Source: Candidatus Moraniibacteriota bacterium
GTDB lineage: Bacteria > Patescibacteriota > Minisyncoccia > Moranbacterales > UBA9337
Length of the DNA: 64,000 nt
Assembly: GCA_026985555.1 (NCBI GenBank)
Contig: JALSQF010000010.1
Location: 161,163 to 225,162, forward strand
Direction: 5' to 3'
Numbering within the stretch: position 1 is the stretch's first letter; every line of letters begins with the position of its first letter. The translations under genes were made by a program, and so were the position numbers. This document shows, piece by piece, positions 25,739 through 36,026 of this stretch. Under the pieces are notes generated by a model. It did not search any database and was not told where the DNA came from. It saw only the letters and a program-made list of their open reading frames with translations.

Positions 25739-26722
25739 GTGTCTTTAGATGTTTTCGTTGATAAACATATAGGAGCGTTAAAAACCATTAAATATTTATT
25801 GAAACATGGTGTTAGTGTTTATCTAAAAGATACAAGAAATGTATGGACAAAAACAGAAGCAAAGTATATGCCATTTGAGAAAAATAAAAAAATAATACTT
25901 GATAAATTGAATAAAATAGTGTATAATAGAGATGAATTAATAAAGAAATTAAAAAATGTCAAACTCAGCAAAAAAACAAGAAGAAAAGTTTTGGCAGAGC
26001 TTGAGAATAAGCGACGAAGAATACGAAAAAAGAGTAGAGGAATTAAACAAACTGGAAAGAACTCCAGAAGCGGAAAAAGCCAATCTCAAGTGGCTTCGGG
26101 ACGCGGAGCAAATCAAGGATTAAAGAAGAGTAAAAAAAGTATTACTTCAGAAAGAGCCACTGAAGAAAGTGGTTTTATTGTTGGCAAAAAAATTAAATGG
26201 ACTGAAAAGGAAGATAAAGATGTTGAAAAATACATCAGAGAAACAAGAGGAATAAATAAGGCTAGGAAAACAGACGAGGAAATAGCAGGGAAGAAATTAA
26301 CAGAAAGACAATTAGAAAAAATAAAAGGATTGAATAAAAGGATTTTTGGTGATGAAAATATAAAAATCACAAAGCAAATACTTACTCCGGAAGGACAAAA
26401 AGCTTTAGGTGTTTATTCTGATGGAATGATTAAAATATTAGATGGACAGGCTGATCCAAAAGACACTTATTATCACGAAGTGGTTCATAAGTTTATAGAT
26501 GTAATGACCACAATGGATGAACATAAAGAAGTTTTGATTTCTGCGAAAAGACATTTTAAAGTTAAAACATTTGAAGAAGCAGAAGAAAGGTTGGCTGAAT
26601 CGTTTATTAATTACGCTAAAACAAGAGAAGGAATTTCAGGTAAATTAAAACTTATTTTTGATAAGTTTTTGAGGAGATTCAAAAGATATAGTGAAAATAA
26701 AAAGATAATAGAAAAATCTTAA
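25739..26722 (+). CDS. Lys-rich hypothetical protein (327 aa) with a C-terminal HExxH motif (possible DUF4157-like or SprT-like Zn-metallopeptidase fold)
   Basis: GVYSDGMIKILDGQADPKDTYYHEVVHKFIDVMTTMDEH contains HEVVH plus a downstream E/H. GTG start per the ORF track; a low-complexity K/R/S-rich middle region. Confidence 0.5.
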   Translation: MSLDVFVDKHIGALKTIKYLLKHGVSVYLKDTRNVWTKTEAKYMPFEKNKKIILDKLNKIVYNRDELIKKLKNVKLSKKTRRKVLAELENKRRRIRKKSRGIKQTGKNSRSGKSQSQVASGRGANQGLKKSKKSITSERATEESGFIVGKKIKWTEKEDKDVEKYIRETRGINKARKTDEEIAGKKLTERQLEKIKGLNKRIFGDENIKITKQILTPEGQKALGVYSDGMIKILDGQADPKDTYYHEVVHKFIDVMTTMDEHKEVLISAKRHFKVKTFEEAEERLAESFINYAKTREGISGKLKLIFDKFLRRFKRYSENKKIIEKS

Positions 26723-27116
26723 GAAAATCAGAAATGAAATTTTTGCTCATAAAAACATTAACACTTCCAATAAAAAATTTAAATTATTTCCTTCTGATAA
26801 AATAGATAGTTTTATAAGTAGTCTTATTGATTTTTATAATAAACTTAGCTATGAAACAGATCAATCAAATACTAATTTTATGTATACAGAAAAAATATTA
26901 CAAGATATAGAATTATTATTTATAAATCTTGACTTGAAGAATGCAAACAAAAAGATAAATTTGAAACTAATTTAAAACTTAAATTTCAAAAAGATAAAAA
27001 AGCTTCTAGCATATTAAAGACTTTTAAATAATCTTTTGTAGTTTGTAATAATACTTATTTAATACTGTAATTTATTGACTACTTTTTTAGTTTTTGTTAA
27101 TATAGCAATTAGTTTT

Positions 27117-27194
27117 GCCCTCTTAGCTCAGTTGGATTAGAGCGTCTGGCTTCGGACCAGAAGGTCGCAGGTTCAAGTCCTGCAGAGGGTACCA
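27117..27194 (+). tRNA. tRNA-Arg (anticodon UCG), CCA encoded
   Basis: Acceptor GCCCUCU/AGAGGGU, anticodon stem-loop UCUGG-CUUCGGA-CCAGA, T-arm GCAGGUUCAAGUCCUGC, 3' ACCA. Confidence 0.85.
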
Positions 27195-27239
27195 AAGATA
27201 TATTTTAATATATCTTATAAAAAATTATAAATAAAATAT

Positions 27240-27314
27240 GGCGGCTATAGTTCAGTGGTAGAACACCGGTTTGTGGCACCGGGTATGAGGGTTCGATTCC
27301 CTCTAGTCGCCCCA
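27240..27314 (+). tRNA. tRNA-His (anticodon GUG) with genome-encoded G-1 and CCA
   Basis: G-1 at 27240 pairs with C73. Acceptor GCGGCUA/UAGUCGC, anticodon loop UUGUGGC, T-arm AGGGUUCGAUUCCCUCU, 3' CCCA. Confidence 0.85.
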
Positions 27315-27315
27315 G

Positions 27316-27387
27316 GCCCCTGTAGTTCAATGGATAGAACACCGGCCTTCTAAGCCGGATATCTAGGTTCGATTCCTAGCAGGGGTA
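27316..27387 (+). tRNA. tRNA-Arg (anticodon UCU)
   Basis: Acceptor GCCCCUG/CAGGGGU, anticodon stem-loop CCGGC-CUUCUAA-GCCGG, T-arm CUAGGUUCGAUUCCUAG, discriminator A; begins 1 nt after the His tRNA. Confidence 0.85.
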
Positions 27388-27459
27388 CTACTTATTTCCT
27401 ATTAAAATTTTAAACAAAAATAATTTGATATTTTACTAGTTTATATATTTAAATATAGT

Positions 27460-27918
27460 TTATCTTTTCTTTTTTTTAATACAACTAGCTGGAACATAAC
27501 CTTTTTCTTGAGCTTCTTTAATACTAGAAAAACAAATGCGATTTTCTGGTTTAATTTTTTTAGCCCAACGACAAAAAGAATAATGATACTTATTAGAATT
27601 TTTGCTACCTACAAAAACACATTTTTTATTATTTTCTAAACTATTATTTTTTATTTCTTGATTAAGCTGATTTAAATTATTTTTTGTTTTGTTTTCATTT
27701 TCCAAAAAAATTTTTTTATCTGAATTATCATTATTTTTTATTATTTTTTCTTTTTCAATTACTAATGGTTTAGATTGCCACTTTTGACCTTGTAGAACTC
27801 CCCACTCAAAAGAAAATCCAGCAATAAGAATGGTAGCTAATAAAACAACTAATTTACTTTCATTTTTTATAAAAAATTTTTTTAGAAAATAAAAAAACCT
27901 AATGGGATACTTAAACAT
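27460..27918 (-). CDS. Membrane-anchored protein with a C-terminal Ada-like Cys-rich Zn-binding motif (152 aa)
   Basis: N-terminal TM helix (LVVLLATILIAGFSF). The C-terminus CVFVGSKNSNKYHYSFCRWAKKIKPENRICFSSIKEAQEKGYVPASC resembles the Ada N-terminal metal-binding module (FCRPSC...L.ENV.FY.S..EA..AGFRPCKRC). Confidence 0.45.
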   Translation of the reverse strand: MFKYPIRFFYFLKKFFIKNESKLVVLLATILIAGFSFEWGVLQGQKWQSKPLVIEKEKIIKNNDNSDKKIFLENENKTKNNLNQLNQEIKNNSLENNKKCVFVGSKNSNKYHYSFCRWAKKIKPENRICFSSIKEAQEKGYVPASCIKKKKR

Positions 27919-28041
27919 TTTAATTTTATCAATATTGACTTATTTCTCTTTTCTGTTATACTTTCACTTATAAACCATAATAAATAATTTAGCAATATTA
28001 AAAGTTATTTTTATTAACTTTTAATGTTTTGTTTTTCACAT

Positions 28042-28323
28042 ATGGCACATCGTAAAGCAGGAGGGTCTACTCAACTAGGACGCGATTCCATTTCAAAACG
28101 TTTAGGCGTAAAAATTTTTGGTTCAGAAAAAGCTAAAGCAGGAAATATTATCGTTCGTCAACGAGGAACAAAATTTCACGCTGGAAAAAATGTTAAACAA
28201 GGAGCAGATGACACTCTTTATGCTCTTAAAAATGGAATTGTAAAATTTAGTTTTCGTAAAGTAAAAGCTTTTACTGGAAAAATTGTAAAAAGAAGATTTG
28301 TTAGCGTGGAAGAAACAAAATAA
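28042..28323 (+). CDS. rpmA: 50S ribosomal protein L27
   Basis: [51 protein letters not shown]... is classic L27. The tracked ORF starts 6 codons earlier (28024); the second ATG at 28042 matches the conserved MAHKKG start. Confidence 0.9.
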   Translation: MAHRKAGGSTQLGRDSISKRLGVKIFGSEKAKAGNIIVRQRGTKFHAGKNVKQGADDTLYALKNGIVKFSFRKVKAFTGKIVKRRFVSVEETK

Positions 28324-28375
28324 ATAAATAAATAAATATAATTCTTATCTTTTCATACAATTAAACATTATAAAT

Positions 28376-28397
28376 AAAGCAGGTAATAACCTGCTTT
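28376..28397. terminator. Bidirectional terminator hairpin aaagcaggtaataacctgcttt between convergent rpmA and pyrG
   Basis: 9-bp perfect stem with a 4-nt loop, flanked by A- and T-runs. Confidence 0.5.
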
Positions 28398-28450
28398 ATT
28401 TATAAGTTATAAACTATTTTTTAAAATTTTTTATTTTAAAAAATTTTTAC

Positions 28451-30097
28451 TTATTTTAATTGCAACTCTTTGGCTGTTTTAATAAAAGCATTAAACAAAG
28501 GATGTCCTTTTAAAGGTGATGAAGTGAATTCAGGATGAAACTGAGTAGCTAAAAAGAAAGGATGTTTTTTTTGTGGTAATTCTGCGATTTCCATTAAATC
28601 TCCTTGAGGAGAACGTCCAGAAAATATTAAACCGGCCTTTTCTAATTCTTTTATATAATTTGGATTAACCTCATAACGATGACGATGTCGTTCTTTAATT
28701 TCTTTCTTTTGATAAGCTTTTCTAGCTAAAGTATTTTTTTCTAAAATAGCTGGATAAACACCTAAACGCATACTTCCTCCATAATTTTTTTTCTTTAACT
28801 TTTCTTTTTGTTCTGGCAAAATATCAATTACTGGATATTTCGTTTGTGGATTAATTTCCGTAGTATGCGCATCTTTGAATCCTAATTGATGCCTAGCATA
28901 TTCTACTACCATTAATTGCATTCCATAACAAAGTCCTAAAAAAGGAATTTTATTTTTTCTAACATATTCAATTACTTTAATTTTTCCTTCAATTCCTCGT
29001 GAACCAAATCCGCCGGGAACAATAATTCCCGCATAGTTTTTTAATTCCTTTAACTTTTTATTATCTTTTTCAAAATCCTCACTATTAATCCATTCAATTT
29101 CTGTCTTTATCCCATTTTTATAACCAGCATGTTTAATAGCTTCAATAACACTAATATAAGAATCAGCTAAAATAAAATCTCCTGTTTCAAAATATTTCCC
29201 TACAATTCCTATTCTTAAACTATTTTTTAAACGATGAATTTTTTTAACCAATTTTTCCCAATCTGTTAAATTCTGATTTTTAATTGATAAATTTAGTTTT
29301 TTTAATATTCTTTTACTTAAATCATCTTTTTCAAAGTTAAGAGGAACTTCATAAATTGATTCTACATCTGGAGCAGAAATAACATCATTTTTGTCCACAT
29401 TGCAAAATAATGCTAACTTTTCTTTTCTAATTTTATCTAAAGGAATTTCACTACGAGCAATAATAATATTAGGATTGATACCACTAGAATTTAATTGACG
29501 AATAGCTTGTTGAGTTGGTTTAGTTTTCATTTCTCCAATTTTATTAGGAAAAGGAACATAACTAATTACTACAAATAAAACATCTTCTGGGTTTTTTAAT
29601 TTCATTTGCCTAGCGGCTTCCATAAAAAGTAAATTTTCATAATCTCCTATAGTTCCTCCTATTTCTGTTATTACTATCTGAGCACCATTACTTTCTCCTG
29701 CCTTACGAATTGTTTTAATTATCTCGTCAGTAACATGAGGAATAACCTGCACACATTTTCCTTTGTATTCTAAATTTCTTTCTCGTTGAATAACTCTTTG
29801 ATAAACGCTTCCCGTCGTCATATAGTTTCCTTTAGGTAAAGTAATTCCCATAAAACGTTCATAGTTTCCCATATCTTGATCTGTTTCCAATCCGCTTTCT
29901 AAAACAAAAACTTCTCCATGTTCAGTGGGATTCATTGTCCCCGCATCAACATTAACATAAGGATCAATTTTAATAGCCGTCACTTCATAACCTCTTGATT
30001 TCAAAATAGTTCCAATAGAAGAAGAAGCTATTCCCTTCCCAATTCCACTCATTACTCCCCCTAAAACAAATATATATTTACTCTTTTTTTTCTTCAT
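28451..30097 (-). CDS. pyrG: CTP synthase
   Basis: 548 aa: IFVLGGVMSGIGKGI..., the synthetase domain and a C-terminal glutamine amidotransferase with GLCYGMQ (catalytic Cys) and HPEF. Confidence 0.95.
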   Translation of the reverse strand: MKKKKSKYIFVLGGVMSGIGKGIASSSIGTILKSRGYEVTAIKIDPYVNVDAGTMNPTEHGEVFVLESGLETDQDMGNYERFMGITLPKGNYMTTGSVYQRVIQRERNLEYKGKCVQVIPHVTDEIIKTIRKAGESNGAQIVITEIGGTIGDYENLLFMEAARQMKLKNPEDVLFVVISYVPFPNKIGEMKTKPTQQAIRQLNSSGINPNIIIARSEIPLDKIRKEKLALFCNVDKNDVISAPDVESIYEVPLNFEKDDLSKRILKKLNLSIKNQNLTDWEKLVKKIHRLKNSLRIGIVGKYFETGDFILADSYISVIEAIKHAGYKNGIKTEIEWINSEDFEKDNKKLKELKNYAGIIVPGGFGSRGIEGKIKVIEYVRKNKIPFLGLCYGMQLMVVEYARHQLGFKDAHTTEINPQTKYPVIDILPEQKEKLKKKNYGGSMRLGVYPAILEKNTLARKAYQKKEIKERHRHRYEVNPNYIKELEKAGLIFSGRSPQGDLMEIAELPQKKHPFFLATQFHPEFTSSPLKGHPLFNAFIKTAKELQLK

Positions 30098-30199
30098 AAT
30101 ATTTTCACAAAAAAAATCGCACCCCTGACGATTTTATTTTTAAAAAATTGTTAATTATAAAACTAAAGGAATTTAACCATTATCATTAAAATAAAAAAA

Positions 30200-30640
30200 T
30201 TATTTTTTAATGGTTAAGTGAATTTTTGCTTTTAAATTCTTACCTAAATCTATCCAGACATCAAACTCCCCTATTTCTTTTATTGGCTTACTAATTTGAA
30301 TATACTTTTCCTCAATTTCAATTTGTTTTTTTTCTAATAATAATTGTTTGATTTTCTTTTTATCTATGGAACCAAAAAGTTTTTCTTTTTCTGCAGGAAC
30401 TTTAATTTCCAAATTGACTCCTTTCAATTTGTCTATTAATTTCTTTCTCTTTTCTTCTTCTTGAATTTGCCTAGTTTCTTTTTGCTTTTGCTCCTTTTTT
30501 AAATTATCAATTATTTTTAAAGTAGCTACTTGAGCTAATTTTTGAGGCAATAAAAAATTACGTCCATAACCATCGGCCACCTCTTTTATTTCGTTCTTTT
30601 TTCCCAATCCTTTTACATCTTTAATCAAAACTACTTTCAT
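30200..30640 (-). CDS. rplI: 50S ribosomal protein L9
   Basis: 146 aa: [36 protein letters not shown] is the L9 N-domain signature. Confidence 0.85.
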   Translation of the reverse strand: MKVVLIKDVKGLGKKNEIKEVADGYGRNFLLPQKLAQVATLKIIDNLKKEQKQKETRQIQEEEKRKKLIDKLKGVNLEIKVPAEKEKLFGSIDKKKIKQLLLEKKQIEIEEKYIQISKPIKEIGEFDVWIDLGKNLKAKIHLTIKK

Positions 30641-30944
30641 AAAAAAATATAAATAAGAAATTTAATAATTATATTTATTTTAGTTTATCTAGCTTCTATC
30701 TTTTTGTCAAATTTTATTTTTAAAATAAAATTAAATATTTATTTAAATAATTTAAGAAATAAATTTTTTAAAATTTATTTCTTTATTTAAACATTATTCC
30801 ACACACCATCCCGTCCCACTCATATCCAATCCTAAACTATATCTTAAAATTAACATCACATCAGATGATTGTCCAATAGTTATTGGATAACCGTTTTCAT
30901 TGATTTCTCCGTTTTCATTTATAATTTATAATATAGAGATAAGC

Positions 30945-32000
30945 TTAGTCTCCCGAGTTAAAAGAGCCTTGATTTGCTGTAAATGTTATTGAGTTGTCTG
31001 ACCAGGATATCGGAACTTGTATTTCATTGTGAGTAAAATTAAGCATGTCAGGATATGTTAAACTAGATTTATTAGAAATGATTATGTGCGCAAGAGTATT
31101 ATCTATATAAACATTATCTAAATATTCGTGAGAAGGCGAGTCTATTGCTCCTGAAACATGCCCAAAAACAAGCACTCTTATTCCATCTGTCGTTTCTCCA
31201 AAATCACTATCGCTAAAATTAGATGCTCTAAACATCTCTTTTCCATTAAACCAATAATATGCCTTTGCATCCAGAGAGTCGCCGCTAGAAGAGAAGATTA
31301 AATATAATTCATGATGATCCCATTGTTGCAGATGAGGTATAAAATCATGGTTAGAAGATATGCTTGCATAATAGTAAGAGTCTTTGTATGCATCACCTCC
31401 TGCATAATCCAGTGACCATGAATCAGGGTTATAAGAAAGGGCTCTGCAGTTGTCAGAAGCACTAAAATGTACCGAATCAACTATCCCATCTCCTTCACCT
31501 TGATCTACTACAGACAAAACAGGCGAACCAACAGGATTTCCTGTTCCCCAGTAATATCTAAAAAACTTATTATTATTTCCAGAACCATCTAAGATATGCC
31601 ACTCTGTATCATCCCTATAATGCCACCATGAGATATATAATCTTGAAGTATTAGGAGGTGTAAAATAAACTAAACCGTAATATGGTGGATACGAATTTAA
31701 GCAATCCACTTTTTTAGAAGTGCTATGGCCATTTCTCCTAAGAGAAGGAGAATCAGAAATTGGAATTGGGCTAGTCCCATCACCAGTGCTTGTCCAGTTT
31801 CCACTCGGGTTTTGGCCCACAGGCATATTGGAAAAACTGTTAATCCCGTCGTCATAACTTGAAATAAGAGGTCTCGGGTTTTCTTTCACACCAAAACCAC
31901 TTCCATAAATAGTTATATTGTTTCCGTCAATAAAAATATTATCAATGTTAGAAATGATTGGTTCTGCTAAAACTGTATCTGAAAAAACTGAAATAATCAT
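30945..32000 (-). CDS. Secreted beta-rich protein (351 aa), concanavalin/LamG-like or polysaccharide-active fold suspected; it carries a degenerate out-of-frame dockerin-like tail
   Basis: Aromatic/Asp/Gly-rich beta-sandwich-like composition (WWHYRDDTEWHILDGSG, YYWFNGKEMF) with no catalytic motif recognised. The dockerin-like segment IINENGEINENGYPITIGQSSDVMLILRYSLGLDMSGTGWCVE is encoded in the +1 frame ~10 nt downstream of the TAA stop, between its flanking stops (~30797-30925), beginning 1 nt inside the stop codon. Confidence 0.5.
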   Translation of the reverse strand: MIISVFSDTVLAEPIISNIDNIFIDGNNITIYGSGFGVKENPRPLISSYDDGINSFSNMPVGQNPSGNWTSTGDGTSPIPISDSPSLRRNGHSTSKKVDCLNSYPPYYGLVYFTPPNTSRLYISWWHYRDDTEWHILDGSGNNNKFFRYYWGTGNPVGSPVLSVVDQGEGDGIVDSVHFSASDNCRALSYNPDSWSLDYAGGDAYKDSYYYASISSNHDFIPHLQQWDHHELYLIFSSSGDSLDAKAYYWFNGKEMFRASNFSDSDFGETTDGIRVLVFGHVSGAIDSPSHEYLDNVYIDNTLAHIIISNKSSLTYPDMLNFTHNEIQVPISWSDNSITFTANQGSFNSGD

Positions 32001-32121
32001 TAATGATAAATGATATTAAAATAATAAAATTGTATCTTAATTTATGTATACTGGATATTATTTTTTCTTTTTTCACTAATTTAGTTTTTCTCATTTTATT
32101 TTTCAATATATACAATTAAAA

Positions 32122-33291
32122 CTACCAAACTCTAATCACCACATATTTAATAGTTTTGTTACCAGCTTTATCATAAGATTTTATTTTCATTTTATATAAT
32201 CCTGGATTTATATTTAACGGAATAACAAATTCTTGCCTTCTAACTTCAGCTTTTTTAGGAGATTTAACTTTATATTTATATTTTTTACCATTGAAATATA
32301 AATAAGTTTTTTTTAGTTTGTAATTATCTTGAACTGTCCAGTAAACTATATCTCCTCTTCTTTTACTTAAAAATGTGGGAATTCGTATAACAGGATCTTG
32401 AGTATCTATTCTGATTTTATATTTCTTTGACTTAATCTCTCTTCCATAGTAATCATAAAATTTCAATTTGTATTTTTTAAATGATCCTTTTTTAGCTTTA
32501 AATTTAATTTTCCATTTGCCTTTGTATTTAGATCTAACTTTTACTTCTTTCTTTTTTTTACCATTAACATACAATTCTACCCTGCCTCCAATTAAATTTT
32601 TATCTTTTCCTTGAAAAGAAATATTCCTTTTTTTAATATAGTTAGTTTTTTTCCGCTCTAATTTTATCTTTTGTCTTGATTGTTTGAAAACAATTTTTCC
32701 TACATTTTTAAAAATTTTACTAAAAATACTAATATGTGAATTATCATTAGCAGTTATTATTATATTTGCTCCACTAGTTGATCCTAATGATAAAGCATTA
32801 CCTAATTCATCTGAAAGCTCGTTTATTCTTAAAGAAACTGACGTAGATCCTGAACTAGCATTATCTTTTACTTTAAGATGTAAAGTAACTAAATGTTTAT
32901 CACCACCATGAAGATAATTGCTCGCTGCCATTCCAGCAAATCTAAAATGTCCATTACTAACATCTCCGGCGTTTAACATCATTGTATAATTTTGAGCATC
33001 TAATCCTTTACTTAATCCTTTTTTATTATCAGTTTCTACATTTCCTTGCGTTAAATTAACCTCAATTTTATTAGGATCAAAATCAAAAAACATATTAAAA
33101 GCACCCAAATTTTTAGAACCAGTATCAATATGCACTTCTAGATTAAAGTCATCTCCTCCATCTAAGCTAATCTCGTTTGGAGATAACCAAACATCTCCTT
33201 CTGCTGATAATACTTCATTATTTTTCCAAAAAGAAAAACCTAAAAGCAAAATCAACAATACAATAACTAATTTTAATATTTTTCCTTTCAT
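32122..33291 (-). CDS. Cohesin-domain protein with signal/TM anchor and a Lys-rich Ig-like C-terminal region (389 aa)
   Basis: N-terminal TM (LKLVIVLLILLLGFSF), then DVWLSPNEISLDGGDDFNLEVHIDTGSKNLGAFNMFFDFDPNKIEVNLTQG...HLVTLHLKVKDNASSGSTSVSLRINELSD, which fits cohesin-domain patterns (scaffoldin-type beta-sandwich); a highly basic C-terminal half. Confidence 0.55.
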   Translation of the reverse strand: MKGKILKLVIVLLILLLGFSFWKNNEVLSAEGDVWLSPNEISLDGGDDFNLEVHIDTGSKNLGAFNMFFDFDPNKIEVNLTQGNVETDNKKGLSKGLDAQNYTMMLNAGDVSNGHFRFAGMAASNYLHGGDKHLVTLHLKVKDNASSGSTSVSLRINELSDELGNALSLGSTSGANIIITANDNSHISIFSKIFKNVGKIVFKQSRQKIKLERKKTNYIKKRNISFQGKDKNLIGGRVELYVNGKKKKEVKVRSKYKGKWKIKFKAKKGSFKKYKLKFYDYYGREIKSKKYKIRIDTQDPVIRIPTFLSKRRGDIVYWTVQDNYKLKKTYLYFNGKKYKYKVKSPKKAEVRRQEFVIPLNINPGLYKMKIKSYDKAGNKTIKYVVIRVW

Positions 33292-33459
33292 ATTTTTTGT
33301 TTTTAAAAAATACCAATTACTAATATTTATTATACAATAATAATAATAATATAACAGATCAAACTATTTAAAAAATTTATTTTTTTAAATAGTTTTTTTA
33401 AAAAGCCCTTTGATATTATCTCTGGGCTTTAAAACGTGGAAAATTGTGAATTTTAAATA

Positions 33460-34044
33460 TTAAACACTGCAACAAAAATAAAAATGAGCAATTATTTTTT
33501 CTACTAATTCCATAGATTGTGGTCCTACCATTTTCACGCTAGCTGAATTAAAAAAAATTTCCTCATATTCTTCTAAAAGTTTTTTTTGTTCTACTTGGGT
33601 ATCGGTAAAAAAAATATTTCTTTTAATCTTTTTTCCATCAAAATCAATCCGACACCATTTCTTTCTCCTAGACACCATTCTTCCCAAAATCTTTATTTTT
33701 ATTTTTAATCTTAAACTTTCTTCCAAACAAACAGAAATATAAATTTTTTTAAACGAAGGCATTCTTCCTTGCCGATAATCTAACATTAAAATATAAGCCA
33801 AATTGTGAATAGAAATGGGCAATTTAGCATCTAGAAATTCTATTTTCAAGGCATCTAAAATATTTACCATTTTTCCACAACTATTGGAAAAAACTTGATT
33901 ATTTGCAATATCATAGTTAGGTTTAGATAAAGAAAAATTACTTAAACCTAAGTATTTCACCTGTACCCATTCTTTGTCCAAACGCCTTCTTCCTAAAAAA
34001 ACTGCCTTGGATGGAATAAAAAAAACTTGACTAAATTCATTCAT
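33460..34044 (-). CDS. Hypothetical protein (194 aa)
   Basis: ORF with no family recognised; C-terminal FCCSV. Confidence 0.4.
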   Translation of the reverse strand: MNEFSQVFFIPSKAVFLGRRRLDKEWVQVKYLGLSNFSLSKPNYDIANNQVFSNSCGKMVNILDALKIEFLDAKLPISIHNLAYILMLDYRQGRMPSFKKIYISVCLEESLRLKIKIKILGRMVSRRKKWCRIDFDGKKIKRNIFFTDTQVEQKKLLEEYEEIFFNSASVKMVGPQSMELVEKIIAHFYFCCSV

Positions 34045-34123
34045 GTTATTTCCTCCTTTTTATTTTTTGAATAAATTATTTAAATTTAAAAAGAACAATA
34101 ATTTTATTCTAACTGTTCAATAT

Positions 34124-35920
34124 TTATTTTGTTAAAATTTCCAAAAAAGCTTTAGATGGAATGGATACTTTACCTATATTTTTCATTTTCTTCTTTCCTT
34201 TTTTCTGTTTTTCTAATAATTTTCTTTTTCTAGTAACATCTCCTCCATATAATTTAGCAGTAACATCTTTACGAAAAGCACTTAAAGTTGATCGCGCTAT
34301 TATTTTTCCACCAATAGCCGCTTGAATAGCCACAGCAAAGTTTTGGCGTGGTAAAATTTTTTTTAGTTTTTCTACAATAAATTTACCCTCTTTTTGTGCT
34401 TTATCTCTAGGAACCACTCTGGAAAAAGCCTCCACTCTTTCACCTGCTACTAAAATATCCAATTTTACCAAATCACTAACCCTATAATTTGCTAATTCAT
34501 AATTCATAGAAGCATATCCTGAAGAAACACTTTTAAGCTGATCATAAAAATCAACAATTATATCCATTAAAGGAGCTTCAAAAGTTAACTGCACTCTTTC
34601 CGCATCAATATATTCTGTGGTTTTATACTCTGCCCTAGTATTACCCATCAATTCCATTACACTTCCCAAATAATTGGAAGGTGTAATGATCTCTAATTTT
34701 ACATAAGGTTCTTCAATGCTTTCAATTTGAGATGGATCAGGTAGTTCTGTTGGAGAATAAATATTTATAATTTTGTCAGAATTTTTTTTGTGAAGCTTAT
34801 AAACAACACTTGGTGTAGTGATGATTGGCATAATATTAAATTCTCTGTCTAAACGAGCCTGAATAATTTCTAAATGTAATAATCCTAAAAAACCACAACG
34901 AAAACCTCTTCCTAACGCTTGATTACTTTCTGGTTCAAAAGTAAAGGCTCCGTCATTTAAAGTCAATTTATCTAAGGCATCTCGCATTAAATTATAGTCC
35001 CCTCCATCTGCCGGATAAAAACTAGCATAAACCATTGGTTGAACTTCTGTATATCCTGGCAATGGCTTAACTAAATCAATATTTTGTTGATTGGCAATGG
35101 TAACTGTATCACCTACTTTACAATCCTTAACACTTTTAAAACCAGTGGCAATATAACCAATATCTCCCGCTGATAATTTATCACAAGAAACATATTGAGG
35201 CGCAAAATAACCTAATTCTACCACATTACTTTCTCCTTTTGTCATTAACATATATAAATCATCTGTTTTACTAATCTCACCATCAACAATTCTCACATAA
35301 GCTAATACTCCTTTATAAGAATCATAGACACTGTCAAAAATTAAAGCCCGTAACTGCTTATTTATATCGCCTTGAGGCATTGGAACTTTTTTTACAATTT
35401 CTTTTAAAAGACTGTGTACACCTTCTCCAGTTTTACCACTCACTTCTAAAATATCATTTTTATCACAACCTAAAATATGCACAATTTCTTTCTTCACTTT
35501 TTCTACATTAGCATTAGGTAAATCAATTTTATTTACTACAGGAATAATTTCTAATCCTTGTTCAATAGCTAAGTATAAATTAGAAATAGTTTGCGCTTGC
35601 ACTCCTTGGGTAGCATCCACTAATAAAATTGCTCCTTCCACTGCTGCTAAAGAACGCGAGACTTCGTAAGCAAAATCAACGTGTCCAGGAGTATCAATTA
35701 AATTTAGAATGTATTCTTGATTATTCAAAGAATATTTCATTTGTACTGGCTGTAATTTGATAGTAATTCCCCTTTCCCTTTCTAAATCCATAGTATCTAA
35801 CAGTTGCTCTTTCATTTCTCGTTTAGTTACCGTCCCTGTCAATTCTAAAAGACGATCCGATAAAGTGGATTTCCCGTGATCAATATGGGCAATAATACAA
35901 AAGTTTCTGATATTTTTCAT
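34124..35920 (-). CDS. lepA: Elongation factor 4 (LepA)
   Basis: 598 aa: IRNFCIIAHIDHGKSTLSDRLL (G1), DTPGHVDF, NKIDLP and the LepA-specific C-terminal domain. Confidence 0.95.
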   Translation of the reverse strand: MKNIRNFCIIAHIDHGKSTLSDRLLELTGTVTKREMKEQLLDTMDLERERGITIKLQPVQMKYSLNNQEYILNLIDTPGHVDFAYEVSRSLAAVEGAILLVDATQGVQAQTISNLYLAIEQGLEIIPVVNKIDLPNANVEKVKKEIVHILGCDKNDILEVSGKTGEGVHSLLKEIVKKVPMPQGDINKQLRALIFDSVYDSYKGVLAYVRIVDGEISKTDDLYMLMTKGESNVVELGYFAPQYVSCDKLSAGDIGYIATGFKSVKDCKVGDTVTIANQQNIDLVKPLPGYTEVQPMVYASFYPADGGDYNLMRDALDKLTLNDGAFTFEPESNQALGRGFRCGFLGLLHLEIIQARLDREFNIMPIITTPSVVYKLHKKNSDKIINIYSPTELPDPSQIESIEEPYVKLEIITPSNYLGSVMELMGNTRAEYKTTEYIDAERVQLTFEAPLMDIIVDFYDQLKSVSSGYASMNYELANYRVSDLVKLDILVAGERVEAFSRVVPRDKAQKEGKFIVEKLKKILPRQNFAVAIQAAIGGKIIARSTLSAFRKDVTAKLYGGDVTRKRKLLEKQKKGKKKMKNIGKVSIPSKAFLEILTK

Positions 35921-36026
35921 AAATATTTACTATATCATTAATCAAGTTTATTTCCTTATCTCTTTTTTATTTTTTACTTAAACTACTTAAATTATCTAAT
36001 TAAAATATTCTAAAATATTACAAAAA

